DNA of 64,000 nucleotides, from assembly GCF_009914755.1 (NCBI RefSeq), contig NC_060927.1; one strand, given 5' to 3'. The notes under the pieces were generated by a model. It was not told the DNA's origin, searched no databases, and worked only from the letters and a program-made list of their open reading frames with translations. This DNA comes from the human T2T-CHM13v2.0 reference genome, Homo sapiens. This document shows positions 14,473 through 29,160 of this stretch, piece after piece. Both the position numbers and the translations under genes were made by a program. Within the stretch, counting starts at the first letter, position 1; every line of letters begins with the position of its first letter.

Positions 14473-15909
14473 TTAATAGCTTAGAATTGTGAGATTCTAA
14501 TGCTTCAAATAATTTTTTACTATTGGGTATAGTATAAGGAATGAACAAATCAATTTTTCATCTTTGAGTGTATGAAAGTTGTATTCAGATGAATTACTTG
14601 TACTTGTCACTTGAAATAGTCAAAATGATATATAGGGTTTTGATTTTATGAACTAGAAAAAGTAGGGAATTGATGTGGCAAGCTCTATTTAAAGATACAC
14701 TCTTGCATTCTTGAGAAAACTGAAATTCTTCTCATATATCCTGGATTTTCCTCTCGACCTGGAATAGCTGCTGATGGGATGGCCCCAGGAGTTGTAGATT
14801 CCTGGAGACTTTTTAGAACTAGAAGCTATTTTTAGCTAAATGGAGGCACATCGAAACCATGTGAGAGTAGTAGCAACAAAAATGCATTTTTGGAATTTAT
14901 TATACCAGGAGCTGTTAATGCTGACAATATAAATACTTGTGAAATTCTTTAATGTATAAATGATAGATTCTCATGAAAACTGTGAAGTTTTGGAGTTTAG
15001 CTTTGATCTTTTTTCCTTCAAAAACGCTGTCAAAGCTAAATATTTCAAATATTTATAAGATCAATAAAAAACGAAACTACTAAGGTAGTGATTTTCATGT
15101 ATCAGATTAACAAAACCCAAAAGTATGATAGCAGATTGGGTTGGTGAGGCACTCTAATACATTTCTGGGTGGACTATAAATTGGTACAATTACTCTAGAG
15201 ACTAGTTTTCAATATTTGTCTGAAATACAAATGAACCCCCTTCCTTTGACCCTGGACTTCCTTTTCCAGGAATTAACATGTAGATATGCCTTCTTATAAA
15301 TGAAGTAACAGATTTGCAAAGTTATTCTTTGAAGCATAGTAATACCAAAAGACTGCAAGCAACCTAAAACATCATGATAGGTGACTGGTTAAATAAATTG
15401 TGCAGTATTCAAACAGTAGAGTCCATATAGCCATAGAGAGAGAGAAAGAGAGAGACAGAGAAAGTTCCTTGTTCCTTGGAGAGATAGAGAGCTCCAAACT
15501 ATATTGTCAAACAAAGAAAGGAAGATACATAACATTGCATATGCACTGTGGTATAATTTGTATACAAAATATGAAGTGAAATATATGTGTATTATTATTT
15601 ACTTGTACTCTCTATAAATTTTTAAAATCTTTGGAGATATATATACAAGAAACTAACTACAGTATTTATTATTTGGAGGCAATCAGAATTAGGTGAATGA
15701 GAGATGAATGAGGGGAGTCTTTAAAAAAAAAAAGCTTTATTTTTTATAGCAATTTGAGATTTACTGAAAAAAATGAAAAGATAATATAGAGCATTCTCAT
15801 ATATCACTCCCCCCAACACACAGTTTCCCCTATGGTTAACATTGTACACTAGTTTAGTGCATTTGTTACAATTAATGAATGAATATTGACATATTATTAT
15901 TTTTTCCCT

Positions 15910-18435
15910 CAATTTTTATTTTAAGTTCTGGGGTACACATGCAGGATATGCAGGTTTGTTACACAGGTAAACGTGTGCCATAGTAGTTTGCTTCACAGAT
16001 CTCATCCTATCACCTAGGTATTAAGCCCAGCATCCCTTAGTTATTCTTCCTGAAGCTCTTCCTCCCTTCAACCCCCCAGTTGACAGGCTCTAGTGTGTGT
16101 TGTTTTCCCCATGTGTCCATATGTTCCTATCATTCAGCTCCCACTTACAAGTGAGAACACTGGTTTGTGGTTTTTGGTGTTTGGTTTTCTGTTCCTGTGT
16201 TAGTTTGCTAAGGATAACAGCTTCCAGATCCATCCATGTCTCTTCAGAGGACATGATCTCATTCCTTTTTATGGCTGCATAGTATTCCATGGTGTATGTG
16301 TACCACATTTTCTTTATTTAATCTATCATTGATGGACATTTAGGTTGATTCCATGTCTTTGCTATTGTGAATAGTGCTGCAATGAACATATGCATGCTTG
16401 TATTTTTATAATAGAATTATTTATATTCCTCTGGGTATATACCCAGTAACGGGATTGCTGGGTCAAATCGTATTTTGGCCTCTAGATCTTTGAGAAATCA
16501 TGACATTGTCTTCCACAAAGGTTAAACTAATTTGTACTCCCACCAACAGTGTAAAAGCTCCTTTTTCTCACAACCTTGCCAGCATCTGTTGTTTCTTGAC
16601 TTTTTAATAATCACCATTCTGACTGGTGTGAGATGGTATCTTATTGTGGTTTTAATTTGCATTTCTCTAATGATCATGATGATGAGCTTTTTTTCATGTT
16701 TGTTGGCTGCATGTATGTCTTCTTTTGAAAAGTGTCTGTTCATGTTCTTTGCCTACTTTTTAATGGGGTTGTTTGTTTTTTCCTTGTACATTTTTTTAAG
16801 TTTCTTGTAGACTCTGGATATTACACTTTTGCCAAATGGATAGATTGCAAAAATTTTCTTCCATTCTTTAGGTTGTCTGTTCACCTATTAATAGTTTATT
16901 TTGCTGTGCAGAAGCTCTTTAATTAGATCTCATTTGTCAATTATTGATTTTGTTGCTATTGCTTTTAACATTTTCATCATGAAATCTCTGCCTGTACCTA
17001 CGTCCTGAATGATATTGCCTAGATTTTCTTCTAGGGTTTTTATAGCTTTGGGTTTTACATTTAAGCCTTTAATCCATCTTGAGTTGATTTTTGTATATGG
17101 CATAAGAAAGGGGTCCAGTTTCAGTTTTCCACACATGGCTAGCCAGTTCTCCCAGCACCATTTATTAAATAGGGAATCCTTTCCCCATTGCTTGCTTTTG
17201 TCAGGTTTGTCAAATATCAGAGGTTGTAGGTGTGCTGTCTTATTTCTGAGTTCTCTATTCTGTTCCATTGTTCTATATGTCTGTTTTTGTACTGGTACCA
17301 TGCTGTTTTGGTTACTATAGCCTTGCAGTATAACTTGAAGTTGGGTAGCATGATGCCTCCAGCTTTGTTCTTTTTGATTAGGACTGCCTTGGCTAGTCAG
17401 GCTCTTTTAGGTTCCATATGAATTTTAAAATAGTTTTTTCTAGTTGTGTGAAGAATGTCAATGGTAGTTTAATGGGAATAGCATTGAATCTATAAATTAC
17501 TTTGGGCAGTATGGCCATTTAAATAATGTTGATTCTTCCTATCCATGAGCATGGAATGTTTTTCCATTTGTTTGTGTCCTCTCTGATTTCCTTGAGCAGT
17601 CATTTGTAGTTCTCCTTGAAAAGGTTTTTCATTTCCCTTGTTAGCTGTATTCTTAGGGTTTTAAAAATTTTTTTTATAGTAGTTGTGAATGGGATTTCAT
17701 TCATTATTTGGCTCTTGGCTCACCTGTTGTTGATGTATAGGAATGTTTTTGCACATTTATTTTGTATCCTGAGACTGCTGAAATTGCTTATCACCTTGAG
17801 AAGCTTTTGGGCTGAGACAGGTTTCTAGGTGTAGGATCATGTTATGTGCAAATAAAGATAATTTGACTTCTTATTTTCCTATTTGGATATCCTTTATTTC
17901 TTTCACTTGCCTGATTGCTCCGGCCAGAACTTTCAATACTATGTTTTATAGGAGTGGTGAGAAAGGGCATCTTTGTTTATGCCAGTTTTCCAGGGAAATA
18001 CTTCTAGCTTTTGCACATTCAGTATGATATTGGCTGTGGGTTTGTCATATATGGCTCTTATTATTTTGAAGTATGTTCCCTTAATGCATAGTTTATTGAG
18101 AGGTTTTAACATAAAGGGATGTTGAATTTTATCAAAGGCCTTTTTGCCATTTATTGAGATCATCATGTGGTTTTTGTCTTTAGTTCTGTTTATGTGATGA
18201 ATCACATTTATTGATTTGCATATGTTTAACCAAGCTTGCATCCCAGGGATGAAGCCAACTTGATTATGGTGGATAAGCTTTTTGATGTGCTGCTGGATTC
18301 AGTTTGCCAGTATTTAATGAGGATTTTTGCATTGATGTTCATCAGGGATATATTGGCCTGAAGTTTTCTTTTTTTTGTTGTTGTTGTTGTTGTTGTTACA
18401 TCTCTGCCAGGTTTGGCTATTAGGATGATGCTGGT
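15910..18435 (-). mobile_element. 5'-truncated L1PA (older, PA13-16-like) inserted next to an L1M 3' remnant
   Basis: TTTTATTTTAAGTTCTGGGGTACACATGCAGGATATGCAGGTTTGTTACACAGGTAAACG 3' end; ORF2 fragments on the - strand. Confidence 0.9.
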
Positions 18436-20324
18436 TCTTATGGCCAGACAAGTTCAGCACTAGCTTAAAAATAATAATAAGGAATGTTGGGAAAAGGATG
18501 TTCATACTGTAGAATAGTTAAAAAAAAAAAAAGTAAGTAGCTTACATTTTCAAAAAGAACAGCATTTGTGAATTTTTTTAGTTAGTCACAATCAGCCAAA
18601 ACTAACTTTAATTCAAACAGTAAAGTAATTTATTGAAAGGATATTAGATATTCAGAATATCTAAGAGGGTGGAAGAACCAGGCTGAGAAAGTGGTTAGGA
18701 ACCCAGTAAAGGGAGGCTGCTAGATTCACAGCCAAAATCATTCCACAAGAACTCTCTGGTGAGGATGTAGCTTCTGTGTCCCTAAGACATTGGACACCTA
18801 CCTCACTTGCTTTCTCCTCTGGTCCTGAACAGCAGTTGATCCCTCTACTCCTTCAGCTTCTTGGCATCAATTGCTCTTGGATCAGATCTTGGGAAAAATA
18901 TATTTTTAAAAGCCTGGAAGTGAAAATCCATGTTTGGCCACCTAGCCCTAGCATATTTAAACTATGTTTTTATAGGGATGTTCTGCTGCTGCGAAAATGG
19001 CAGTATATATCTTTAGAACAGTGTAGCAAATCCAGAAGTAGAATCAGATATTAATGTAAGCATCATTAACAATGGGGAAAAAGCAAAATTATATAATAAG
19101 TGCTATAGAGATAACCAAAGGAAATAAACATTACATCAAAATAAGCCTCAAGGCAAACTAGCACACAATAAAAATATACAGAATGTATCCTAATTATGGA
19201 GGGATAAAGCAGCACCTTAAAAATTGCAAAGAGTAACACTGACAGAATTTGTCTATTAAAAAGGTAGAATTTTTTAGTTCAAATCTGCCAAACAACCTAA
19301 AAACAGCAGACTGACAAAAAAGTATTTGTTTCATATATGATATATGAAGTGTTAAAATCCACACCATGTAAAGGATTTATTCAACTGTGTAAGAAAACTC
19401 CAAGACCCCAAGCAAATGGGTGAAAGACAGAAACAAACCATTAACACAGGAAAAACACATAATAAACACAAAATGTTCAATTACTAATAACTAACTAAAT
19501 AAAATTCTACTTTTTAAATTAGTACAAAGACTTTAATGGTAAAGTTTTCCTTCATTTGGTGACATAAGTTATTACTGTATTTTTTTCACCCCACAGAAAT
19601 GTTTGTGATTAGTTATCTCCTTTTTGATAATTTATACTTAGAAAACAATCAGAAGAAGAAAATTATTTTTGTGGAAAGATCACATTTATAATAGTGAATA
19701 ATTAGAACTAATTTATGCCCAACACTAATGATAGGAGTAATACATTATCCCATGCCAACATTTAGGACATTACGCAGACTTTTAAAATGACAATATGACC
19801 ACTGGGCATCAACATAGAAACATGCTTATGATTATGTTACAGTGTAAAAAGAATCCACAAAATTATATGTGTAATATAATTACAGTTACATCAGAATAGG
19901 TGTATTTGTGAACAGAAACCAGAAAGGAACTTGGAAATATGAGAATAAATTTTAGGTGATGGAAAGGAGTAATTTTTTTTCTCTTTTAAATTTTTTTCTG
20001 TTGGTGTTTTAGCAATAAACTATCTTCAAAAAAGAAAAAAAAAATCACCCAACACATCTTTCAAGATTTAGCTCACATTCTACCTCTTACAGTGAAAAAA
20101 AAAACTCCTCAAAACAATACAGTACTGTAATTAGCCACAGTTTTTATACTCATTAAGATTTTACCTTTATTAAGTCCAGTCTATATCCAAAGCAAACGTA
20201 CAGTGTAGATCAGTGTTCTCTGTACTTTTCAGATGTTTTCAGTCTTCATATATAGGTTATGCAGTTGTAGATAGAATATAGCCTCTTCTAAAAGGCAGTA
20301 TAATTGCAGAGCAAAGAGCTATTT

Positions 20325-20470
20325 TTATTTATTTATTTATTTCCTTTCTCTCTTTCTCTCTCTCCTTTTACAGAGAGGGTCTTGTTTTGTCACCCAGCCT
20401 GGAATACATGATCATAGGTCACTGTAACCTGAAACTCCTGGCCTCAAGCATGAGCCACCATGCCTGACCC
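20325..20470 (-). mobile_element. Degenerate Alu monomer (FLAM-like)
   Basis: AGAGAGGGTCTTGTTTTGTCACCCAG..CTCCTGGCCTCAAGCATGAGCCACCATGCC. Confidence 0.6.
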
Positions 20471-22836
20471 CACGTAATTTCAAGACTAAATTAGGGTTTC
20501 ATTTTTGCTGCTGGTGTTGAATAGATTCACACCATGGATAACACCCAAGCTGTGATAACAGAGAAAACATTTTTGAAAGGCTGTTACATTTCTCTTGGTT
20601 GAAATCATTTAAAATTAATAAGTCAGAAGTGGACAGGATTATTAGCCCTATTCTCAACTAGCGATGACAAGTACCACTTCACTACGTACCTATCTGTGAA
20701 GGGTACCAGGTTGGTTTTTTTGTTTTGTTTTGTTTTGTTTTAACAACCAACAATCTTACTCATTCTCATATCAGGGTCCCCATATAGAAATTGTCAAAAC
20801 ATTTAGAAACATGTTCACAAGTGTACTTCTTGCTTTATCCACAGATATCTTTCTGGTGAACTGATTATACCAACATATTTTTCTTCCCAATTCATTTGGC
20901 AAAAGTATTTACAGTGGTTTAGAAAGACTATAGAACTACAAGTTCAGGAAAGACAGCAAAGTTTCCATCTCAGATTTTGCAGTGTTTTATTGCAAAGTAA
21001 TTATAACTTTCTTCTTGTCTCTAGGGTCCATGAGGGACTTTCCTGATTTTCCCACCTCCAGTGCCCCAAGCCTGCCCCTTTGCTCCCTTCCTACCACCTA
21101 TTTCCTACTTGTTAGAACCTGATTTTATCTCTGCCTACTGTCTATTAACCTATTCACTAGCTTCTAACCACAATAGATGTTCCCATCTATTGACCTTGGG
21201 CTGACCATGTCCTGGAACTGATTTCATTTTTTCAGCAAGTATTTATTGGACATCTCCCACACGCCAGCCAACGGGCCTTCTCTTCACCTTGACTTCTAGT
21301 ATGCAGGTGTCCTTCAACTCTTCATGGGTCTTCACAAGACTTCTCACCTCCTAGCTTCACACTGGTTTTATATACAGGTACTTTTAACTTTAGTGATTCT
21401 CAACAAGGTATTTTTTTTGTCTCCTGTAAATTTCTCTAGTTCCAATTATGTTCCCATTCAAATCGTTTTGTTTGGCTTTACTTTCTCTACCATCTTATGA
21501 CATTTACTTTCATAATTTTAATGAACTTCAGCCATCTTCTTAATCTGCTTTCTTTTAAATGCATGCCTAACTTTTGTTATTAGCTGACTTATGTCTGTAA
21601 GATTTTGTTATCTTGATAAGCACCATTCATAGCTTTTCCAGCTTATTAAAGTCTTCTCAGATATCATGTTAAGCTTTTGAGAAAAGGAAAAACCAATACA
21701 TTACAGTGAATATCTTCTCCCCAGATAAATCATCAGGTTAATATAATGGACATAGTATTTTAGATTTTCTTTGGGCACATCAAATAAGGGCAGACTGATA
21801 AACCACTCATCTCTTCTTTCTTTTGTCCTGTTTTTAAGAAAATAATTGTTTGTTTAAAGAATATATTAGAAATCACTTAAATTCACTTTTTGTTATGAAC
21901 TTTCTAAATGGCTTATTTTAATTAATAATCATAAGTTCAATTCTAAGCATTTGCATTGTTTATATACTCTTTCCTATAAGCCATTTTACCAACTTCTCTG
22001 CAGTTGTAGAACTAACTTTAAGTGCTAAGTATCACAATAAGGCTTCTTTTGTGGTACTAATTGAACATCTTCCTTTCTGTGTTCCTGGCCTAATTCTCTG
22101 CCCCACCTTCTATCCCACCACTCTGCCTTTTTTTCTTCAGAGAATTCAAACTCTATACTATCCATTTCCCCTGAATATTGCAATCCCTTCATTCATTTCA
22201 CTTGAATTTCTATACTGTGGCCTTTTATTATCCATGCCTTTAGTTGTTCCTTATTCTTTCTTAGGTTATCTCTCCTAATCAATGAGTTAACATTTTATCC
22301 TTTTTTTAACTAACATGAAATATATATTTTATACCTGAATTTGTTAATGTTTGCTGAATATTATGTCACTATTGTGCTTCCTTATATTTTAAAAACTGTT
22401 CTAATATTTTATAGTCCCTTATTTCTTACTTTTGAATTCACTTTTAGAATAAACTTTATCTTTCTTCATTTCAAACTATGTAAATATCTCTCTGCTGTAC
22501 CTTTCATCCCCCCCACCCATGTTCCCTACCAATGTGGTATTAATTGAAAGCATGCTAAGCCAAGAATCAGAACATGATGACCCTTTCACACATTAGGCAG
22601 GTGACTCTGACATGCCATTTATCCTTAATGAATATATGTCCACACCTAGGCAATGAATGGATAGAACTAAGACCTTGGAAGGCCCTTTGGGCTCTGATAT
22701 GCTATGATTCTGGTTCTAACTCTGATGGCATTTTCTTGTTTCCAAAGTTAAATAAATGCTCATATTTTTCACATTTTGTTACTTGTTTCCTTGTAAATCA
22801 CCACTGAAAAGTTTCAGCTTTGATTCAAGTATATGA

Positions 22837-23150
<314 letters not shown>

Positions 23151-23817
23151 CAAGCATACGGTTTTTATGATCATTACTTTTCTACATGAAAAACTTTTAA
23201 CTTTGTTTTCCCCACATTTTTTCCCTTTATTTCTGTCTTGAAATAGAGATGCTCAAAAATTTAAATACATGTGTTAATTCTGGTGCATATGGTTTAATAG
23301 TGGTTTAGGAGTAAATAATGGGCTATCAATAGCAACCTAACTCTTAATGCCAAAATTTGATTTTTTCATAGAAAAGCCAACATATAAAGTAAAAATTTGA
23401 AGACCAAATTTTTTGTTTCCTTTTGAAGATTTATTTACCTAAGTTCTGTAATTTTATGTTTAGCTCACACTAATAACTTCCAAAATGCACAATTTATCTC
23501 AATTGATATAATCCTCTCAGAGGTCATTGTGACCCACAGTCAGTCTACTTAAATGATTTTCCTTCCACCTGCTAGAATAAAATGTCCTTTACTTTTTGTC
23601 AGCAGTCACAAATATTGGAAGACAGAGTTCAAATAAGTCACTTCAGCATTCAGCTTATTTTTAATATCCTTCCTTAATTTATTTTACCAACTTTCAAATT
23701 TATTCCAAGTGAAAAAACTTTTGACTTTTTAATTTTAGTAAGCTGTTCAGTATAGTAAATAACACAAATACTTTAAAAAATGATTTTGCATATAACATTT
23801 TAACATCCTAATTGAAT

Positions 23818-24180
23818 CTTTTAAAACAGCTTTACAGAGATAAAATTCACAAATTACAAAATTCACCCACTTTAAGTGTACAATTCAGTGGTTTTTAGGA
23901 TATTTGCAGAGTTGTGTGACCATCAGCAAAGTCGAATTTTGGGAGATTTCTTTCACACCAAAAAGAAACTTTGTGGCCATCAACAGCCACTCCCCTTACA
24001 CTCCTGCCCCTTTCCAACAATCCTTAACCTACTTTCTATCTCTATAGACTTACCTATCCTGGACATTTTATACAAATAGAACCATACAATATGCGGTCTT
24101 TTGTGTGTGGCGTCTTTCACTTAGGATAATGTTTGTGAGTTTCATCCATGTTGTAGCATATGTAAGTACTGCATTCCTTA
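23818..24180 (-). mobile_element. L1MB 3' end fragment
   Basis: AAAATTCACCCACTTTAAGTGTACAATTCAGTGGTTTTTAG..CTACTTTCTATCTCTATAGACTTACCTATCCTGGACATTT. Confidence 0.8.
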
Positions 24181-24229
24181 ATTAGTAGCTTGTTTAGTGC
24201 TTGTGATTCAAGTCACAAAATGAGTGATG

Positions 24230-24420
24230 TGGTTCAGTTGGAAAAAATACTGAGCTGGGATCCAAACAGTTCTGCTTTCTGGTACTGTTTAGGCCTTGTA
24301 TAGGCCCTTTGAATAAGTTATTAATTTCTATGTCTCAGTTACTTCATCTGTAAATTGGGAATATGGTAGCTTTTCTTACCTACCTTAATACATTAGAATA
24401 GGCAAGATAAAATGTAAGAT
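24230..24420 (+). mobile_element. MIR fragment
   Basis: AAGTTATTAATTTCTATGTCTCAGTTACTTCATCTGTAAATTGGGAAT core. Confidence 0.6.
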
Positions 24421-26289
24421 CATCTAAAGAACTATATATTCAAATGTATTTTAAAGTAACTTTCCTGATGTGATAGCAAACCAAATGATTATATTTAGTA
24501 TACAAGCATTCAAATTTCTTTAAATACTACTTTAATTTCAGAAGAAAGCTATACATTTTAATTTCTCTTTGCCCAAAGGTGTATTCACCTCGACTTGTTT
24601 ATTTTCTAGTCAGCCCTGATTAGCTGTAACAGTAGTCTGCCTGCTCTTAGAAAAGGTTACTGAAGAAGAGAGTGCCTATGTTTAATTCAGGAGTCATCCG
24701 TCTGTATGGCAGATAGAGATCTATGAACACAGATCCACAAGGACCTTACCTGCAAGGTCTGATTTTCAGAGAGCACTCACTGTAGTGACTTGACCAGCCT
24801 TTATGATTCCTTTTGAACTGTTGGACTTTAGTTGGAATAATATGACCTTGGCTTCAAATAAAAGGGGAAAGTGCTGATTTTACAAACAAAAAACCAAGGA
24901 AGTTTGTAATTATTTTTAGTTGTATTAAATCCAACAGCCCTTAAAAGAGACCAGCTTGATAATGAACCACTGTGGGCTGCTTCTGTGTCCAAAAGTAGAT
25001 GGACAAAAAGTTTAGCCTGATCTCTAGACAAATTGCAAGCCAGGCAGTATTAACTAAAATTCTAAGAAATCTTTTTTAGAACCTGATCACCATTTGAAAT
25101 GTGAGTCTTATAAAGGGATCTCCTGTGGAAGCCATGTGATCTTTGATCACTGGAGTCGTCTAAGATTATCTTTGTTTTCTTGCCTTTTCATTTGCTCCCA
25201 ACATTGAACTTTCATCTAAAGATTACCACTGTTTTATGTATCATCTCCATTTTATTAATGTTTGAATCATAGAGGAATTTTCTATAATGATCATAGGCAT
25301 CTACTCCTTATAATGGTTGTCATTCATCTGAGACTCCTTTCTCTCCTTTGAGATAGCTGTAATTCTGGTTCATTCTCTAGTCATTTTTCATTTGTGCCAT
25401 TGCAACCTTCTCTCCTTGTTCTTTACCTCCAACATCATTTTCTTATTCTAAGGCTAGACTTTAGCTCTACCACTCTCTTTGCCTTTTCTTTAACTGTACC
25501 ATAGGACCTTGGGAATAAATTTTAGACTTCATTTTTTAAATTCTATGGCTTCTGATCTTTGCCTGATTTCCTAAATTCACCCCTCTCAGATAGTTTGCCC
25601 CTTGCATTCTTTCTCCCATTATATATACTTGTAGCCTGAGGTGTCTACATCATCCCATCCCAATGTTGTCTCCTTCTGCTCATTCAGATACCAGTTTCCA
25701 ATTTATTTAGTCATTCAGCAATATTTATTAGGCACCTGTCATAAGATTAACACTAGGCTTGATCAGGAACAACTATGATAGATGTTCTGTCTTCTCTGTC
25801 ATACACGGCTTCTATACTAAGCATGATTCATCCTCAGGGAAACCTCAGCTAAGCAGTGAATAGAAAGGAGCTTTAATCTGTTCCTTCCCTAACACCTATG
25901 TGGGCACACTCCTCCCTACACACACAGACACTTTTACACATGGACTCACCCAGGCACAGAACATACCGGCTGCTCATAGACATTTACAGCTCATCCACAT
26001 TTATGGGCTGACAGCATATGAATAATAGTGACAGTGTCTAAATGAGGAATTAATGATCTCTCCCCATACTCCCACCCTCTTGCCCAATGTCTCTTACCTC
26101 TTGGCAGCATCTCTAACATCTCTCTACTACTAGCTAATCACTGGTACTATCTTAACATCATTAAAAAAATCATTCCTGTGAGTTCAGGTAGATTTCCTAC
26201 TATAATCTAAATAGCAGCTGACATTCACATACCACTTGCCATATGTCAGCCATAGGTACCCCCTTACTATCACCCTCCTGGGTTAAGCA

Positions 26290-26410
26290 CTTTTATTATC
26301 TCCAGTTTACAAATGAAATTACTAAGGCCTAGAGGAATTCAGTCATTTGCCCAGGACTACACAGCTACTAATCAGCAGAACTGGAACCTGATTCCAGAAC
26401 TTTACTACCA
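26290..26410 (-). mobile_element. MIR fragment
   Basis: TTATTATCTCCAGTTTACAAATGAAATTACTAAGGCCTAGAGG..CATTTGCCCAGGACTACACAGCTACTAA. Confidence 0.65.
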
Positions 26411-28644
26411 GATTTCCACTGCCTAGGAGCACCAAAGCATATACATTGTTATCATTAATGTATGCTTCAGAGTGAGCTACTGTATCAGGCCACTTCCAGC
26501 CTGGCTGATGGTAAACATAAGCTTTTATGTGGGGAAGGCAGAAGAGGTCTAGAGGAAAGTGGATACCTGATGATGGCTTACAAGAACCATCCATGGCTTG
26601 CAAGATGAGTTATAAGATGGGTATGAGTATGTTATATAGTTTAGTATTAGGCTACTTTAATATGATGGTTTTTTGTTTTCCCTTACCAAAATAAGACATG
26701 TTCACTATTGATTAGGAAATTCCAACTTTCAGATAGAATTATAAACATTTGATGTGAATCCTTCTAGACTTTATTGTTTGAATATATAGTTTTATAAAAT
26801 TAGGATAAAAGAGTTTTATTATCCCTACCCTTCCCCCCTCCTATTTTCTTTATTATGAAATCCTTCCATGTCAAAAATATTCATAGTATTCTGTTGTTTG
26901 GATTGATCATAATTTATTTGATCCTACCCTATTATTAGATAGTTGTTCTCACTCTTTTTTATTAAAATATTATGATAAACATCCTCATAATTAAATTTTT
27001 ATATATCTCTGAGTATTGCCTTAGAATTCCTTTAGTCTTAAAACTGTAAAACATATTTGTGTTGTTTTGTTGCTTTTTACTTTTATATTATGTAATTGTG
27101 TGGTAGAATTAATTCTTAAGAGTGCAGTTAGTTCAGAGTAGTTTTGTAGCATGAAAAGACTCTTTAGAAGACGAGGAGAAAACTCCTTGTCTTTTGCCTA
27201 TTTTACTGCCATCCTAGCACAGAGAAAAAGTGTTCAGAAAGAAGAGTCAGTACTCGGTGGCTGAAGATACACTCCATCTCCTTCAGTTTTGCACAGAATT
27301 AGCCCTGCGTACAGGAATCTCTGTAAGCATGATCTCTGATTATGAAATACACTGATTCATTAAAAGAAGTTGATGTTTATGTAGTTATGTAACACTACTG
27401 GAAAATGTCCTAAATATTTTTAGACCTAAACTTCTCTTTTATTTATTAACTTACTTTATTATTAACCCTACGTCTTTTCTTCTTTATTCCCTAAATGTTT
27501 TCAGCTAATATTCTGTTCATTTCATTGTAGGTCCATGTCCCTTCCTACTTTGTTTACTCTAGGCTGTCCGTATCCATTTTCTGGTTTTGAAAAATCTCAT
27601 TATAACTTATAAATACATGTGATTGTGTGATTTTATGCAAAATTTGGAACAACAAAATACTGCTCTAAAACATTCAGAAAAGTTTCTAAATCCATCAGTA
27701 TTTTTCCTATGTGATAGGTAAAGTATTATATTCATTTTGCCAGTCTAGATAGAGTGGTTAAATAATTTAATCATGGTAAACACACATATACACACACACA
27801 AACTAGAATTTAAAAATTCCTTTCTTATCCTTTCATAATTTGTCATATTTTATAAGTCCCTATAAATTACAATTATCTTCATGTTATATTGGGTTGTTTT
27901 AATGTTAAGATAAAAAAACGCAGCAGAAACAGAAGCATTTTTTGCATGAACAATTCTGAAGTGAAAGTGTTGGTCCTTAATATTAGAATGTAATTCATTT
28001 ATAAATTTTAAATATTCTGATTATCTCCTTAGCTTGGTTTAATCTACTCTTCCCTTCTATCCCCACACACAGCAAAATAATTTTCTGGTTTTAATGTAAC
28101 TACATCTGTATTGAATTGCATCTTTTTAATTATATATCCATACCTATTCTAGCATCTGATTTATAAAATCTCCACATACTATTTTAGTCCCTTCTAGGAT
28201 AATGCAGGAAATGTTAAATGTACTTCAAGAACACTTGTTTCAAATAGATGTAAATTAAACCTCTAAAATATAAACCCTAAAATGAAATGAATTATGTAAG
28301 TGGCTGTATTACCATTTGAGTTTTGTATTACCACTTGAGCTTTGAAAAATGTTTGCTAAAGTTAAAATATGTTAATTTGATATTGACACAGTTAAGTACT
28401 TATTAAAGAATTACTTCTATTATTGGTATATATTTTTGCATGTGCAAGGGTTTACTCTGAATGCTCATTATAAAAATTTTAAATGAGATATTACTTTTGT
28501 AAAAGGCTAATAGCTCATCAAACTGTGATATGATAATATATATGTATAAATTATATCTAATGCAGCAGACTGATTTTGTATATTCAGGTCAGTTATATTT
28601 TATTAGAAATCTCACAATTTCAACCATGTAATTAACTAATGTAA

Positions 28645-29160
28645 CTAAATAAATAATTTAAAATAGTGAAAAAATAAAACAGATAAATAAATAAAATAAG
28701 TAGTGATGGGGGTGGAGCCAAGATGGCCGAATAGGAACAGCTCCAGTCCACAGCTCCCAGCATGAGTGACGCAGAAGACGGGTGATTTCTGCATTTCCAA
28801 CTGAGGTACTGGGTTCATCTCACTGGGGAGTGTTGGAAATTGGGTGCAGGACAGTGGGTGCAGCACACCGAGTGTGAGCTGAAGCAGGGTGAGGCATCGC
28901 CTCACCCGGGAAGTGCAAGGAGTCAGGGAATTCCCTTTCCTAGTAAAAGAAAGGGGTGACAGACAGCACCTGGAAAATCGTGTCACTCCCACCCTAATAC
29001 TGCGCTTTTCCAATGATCTTAGCAAATGGCACATCAGGAGATTATATCCCGCACCGGGCGTGGAGGGTCCTGCGCCCATGGAGCCTCGCTCATTGCTAGC
29101 ACAGCAGTCTGAGATCAAACTGCAAGGTGGCAGTGAGGCTGGGGGAGGGGTGCCTGCCAT
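28645..29160 (-). CDS. L1 antisense ORF0, extended to 171 codons
   Basis: MAGTPPPASLPPCSLISDCCASN..RSIRVGVTRFSRC matches the primate ORF0 N-terminus; Kozak context gcaATGg. Expression is not shown. Confidence 0.6.
   Translation of the reverse strand: MAGTPPPASLPPCSLISDCCASNERGSMGAGPSTPGAGYNLLMCHLLRSLEKRSIRVGVTRFSRCCLSPLSFTRKGNSLTPCTSRVRRCLTLLQLTLGVLHPLSCTQFPTLPSEMNPVPQLEMQKSPVFCVTHAGSCGLELFLFGHLGSTPITTYFIYLSVLFFHYFKLFI

Noticed and set aside
11118-18435. The neighbouring antisense L1Ps (11118-14472 and 15910-18435) as a segmental duplication
   Set aside because: They overlap on the L1 consensus but differ at many sites and have unrelated flanks. This fits separate insertions of related subfamilies.
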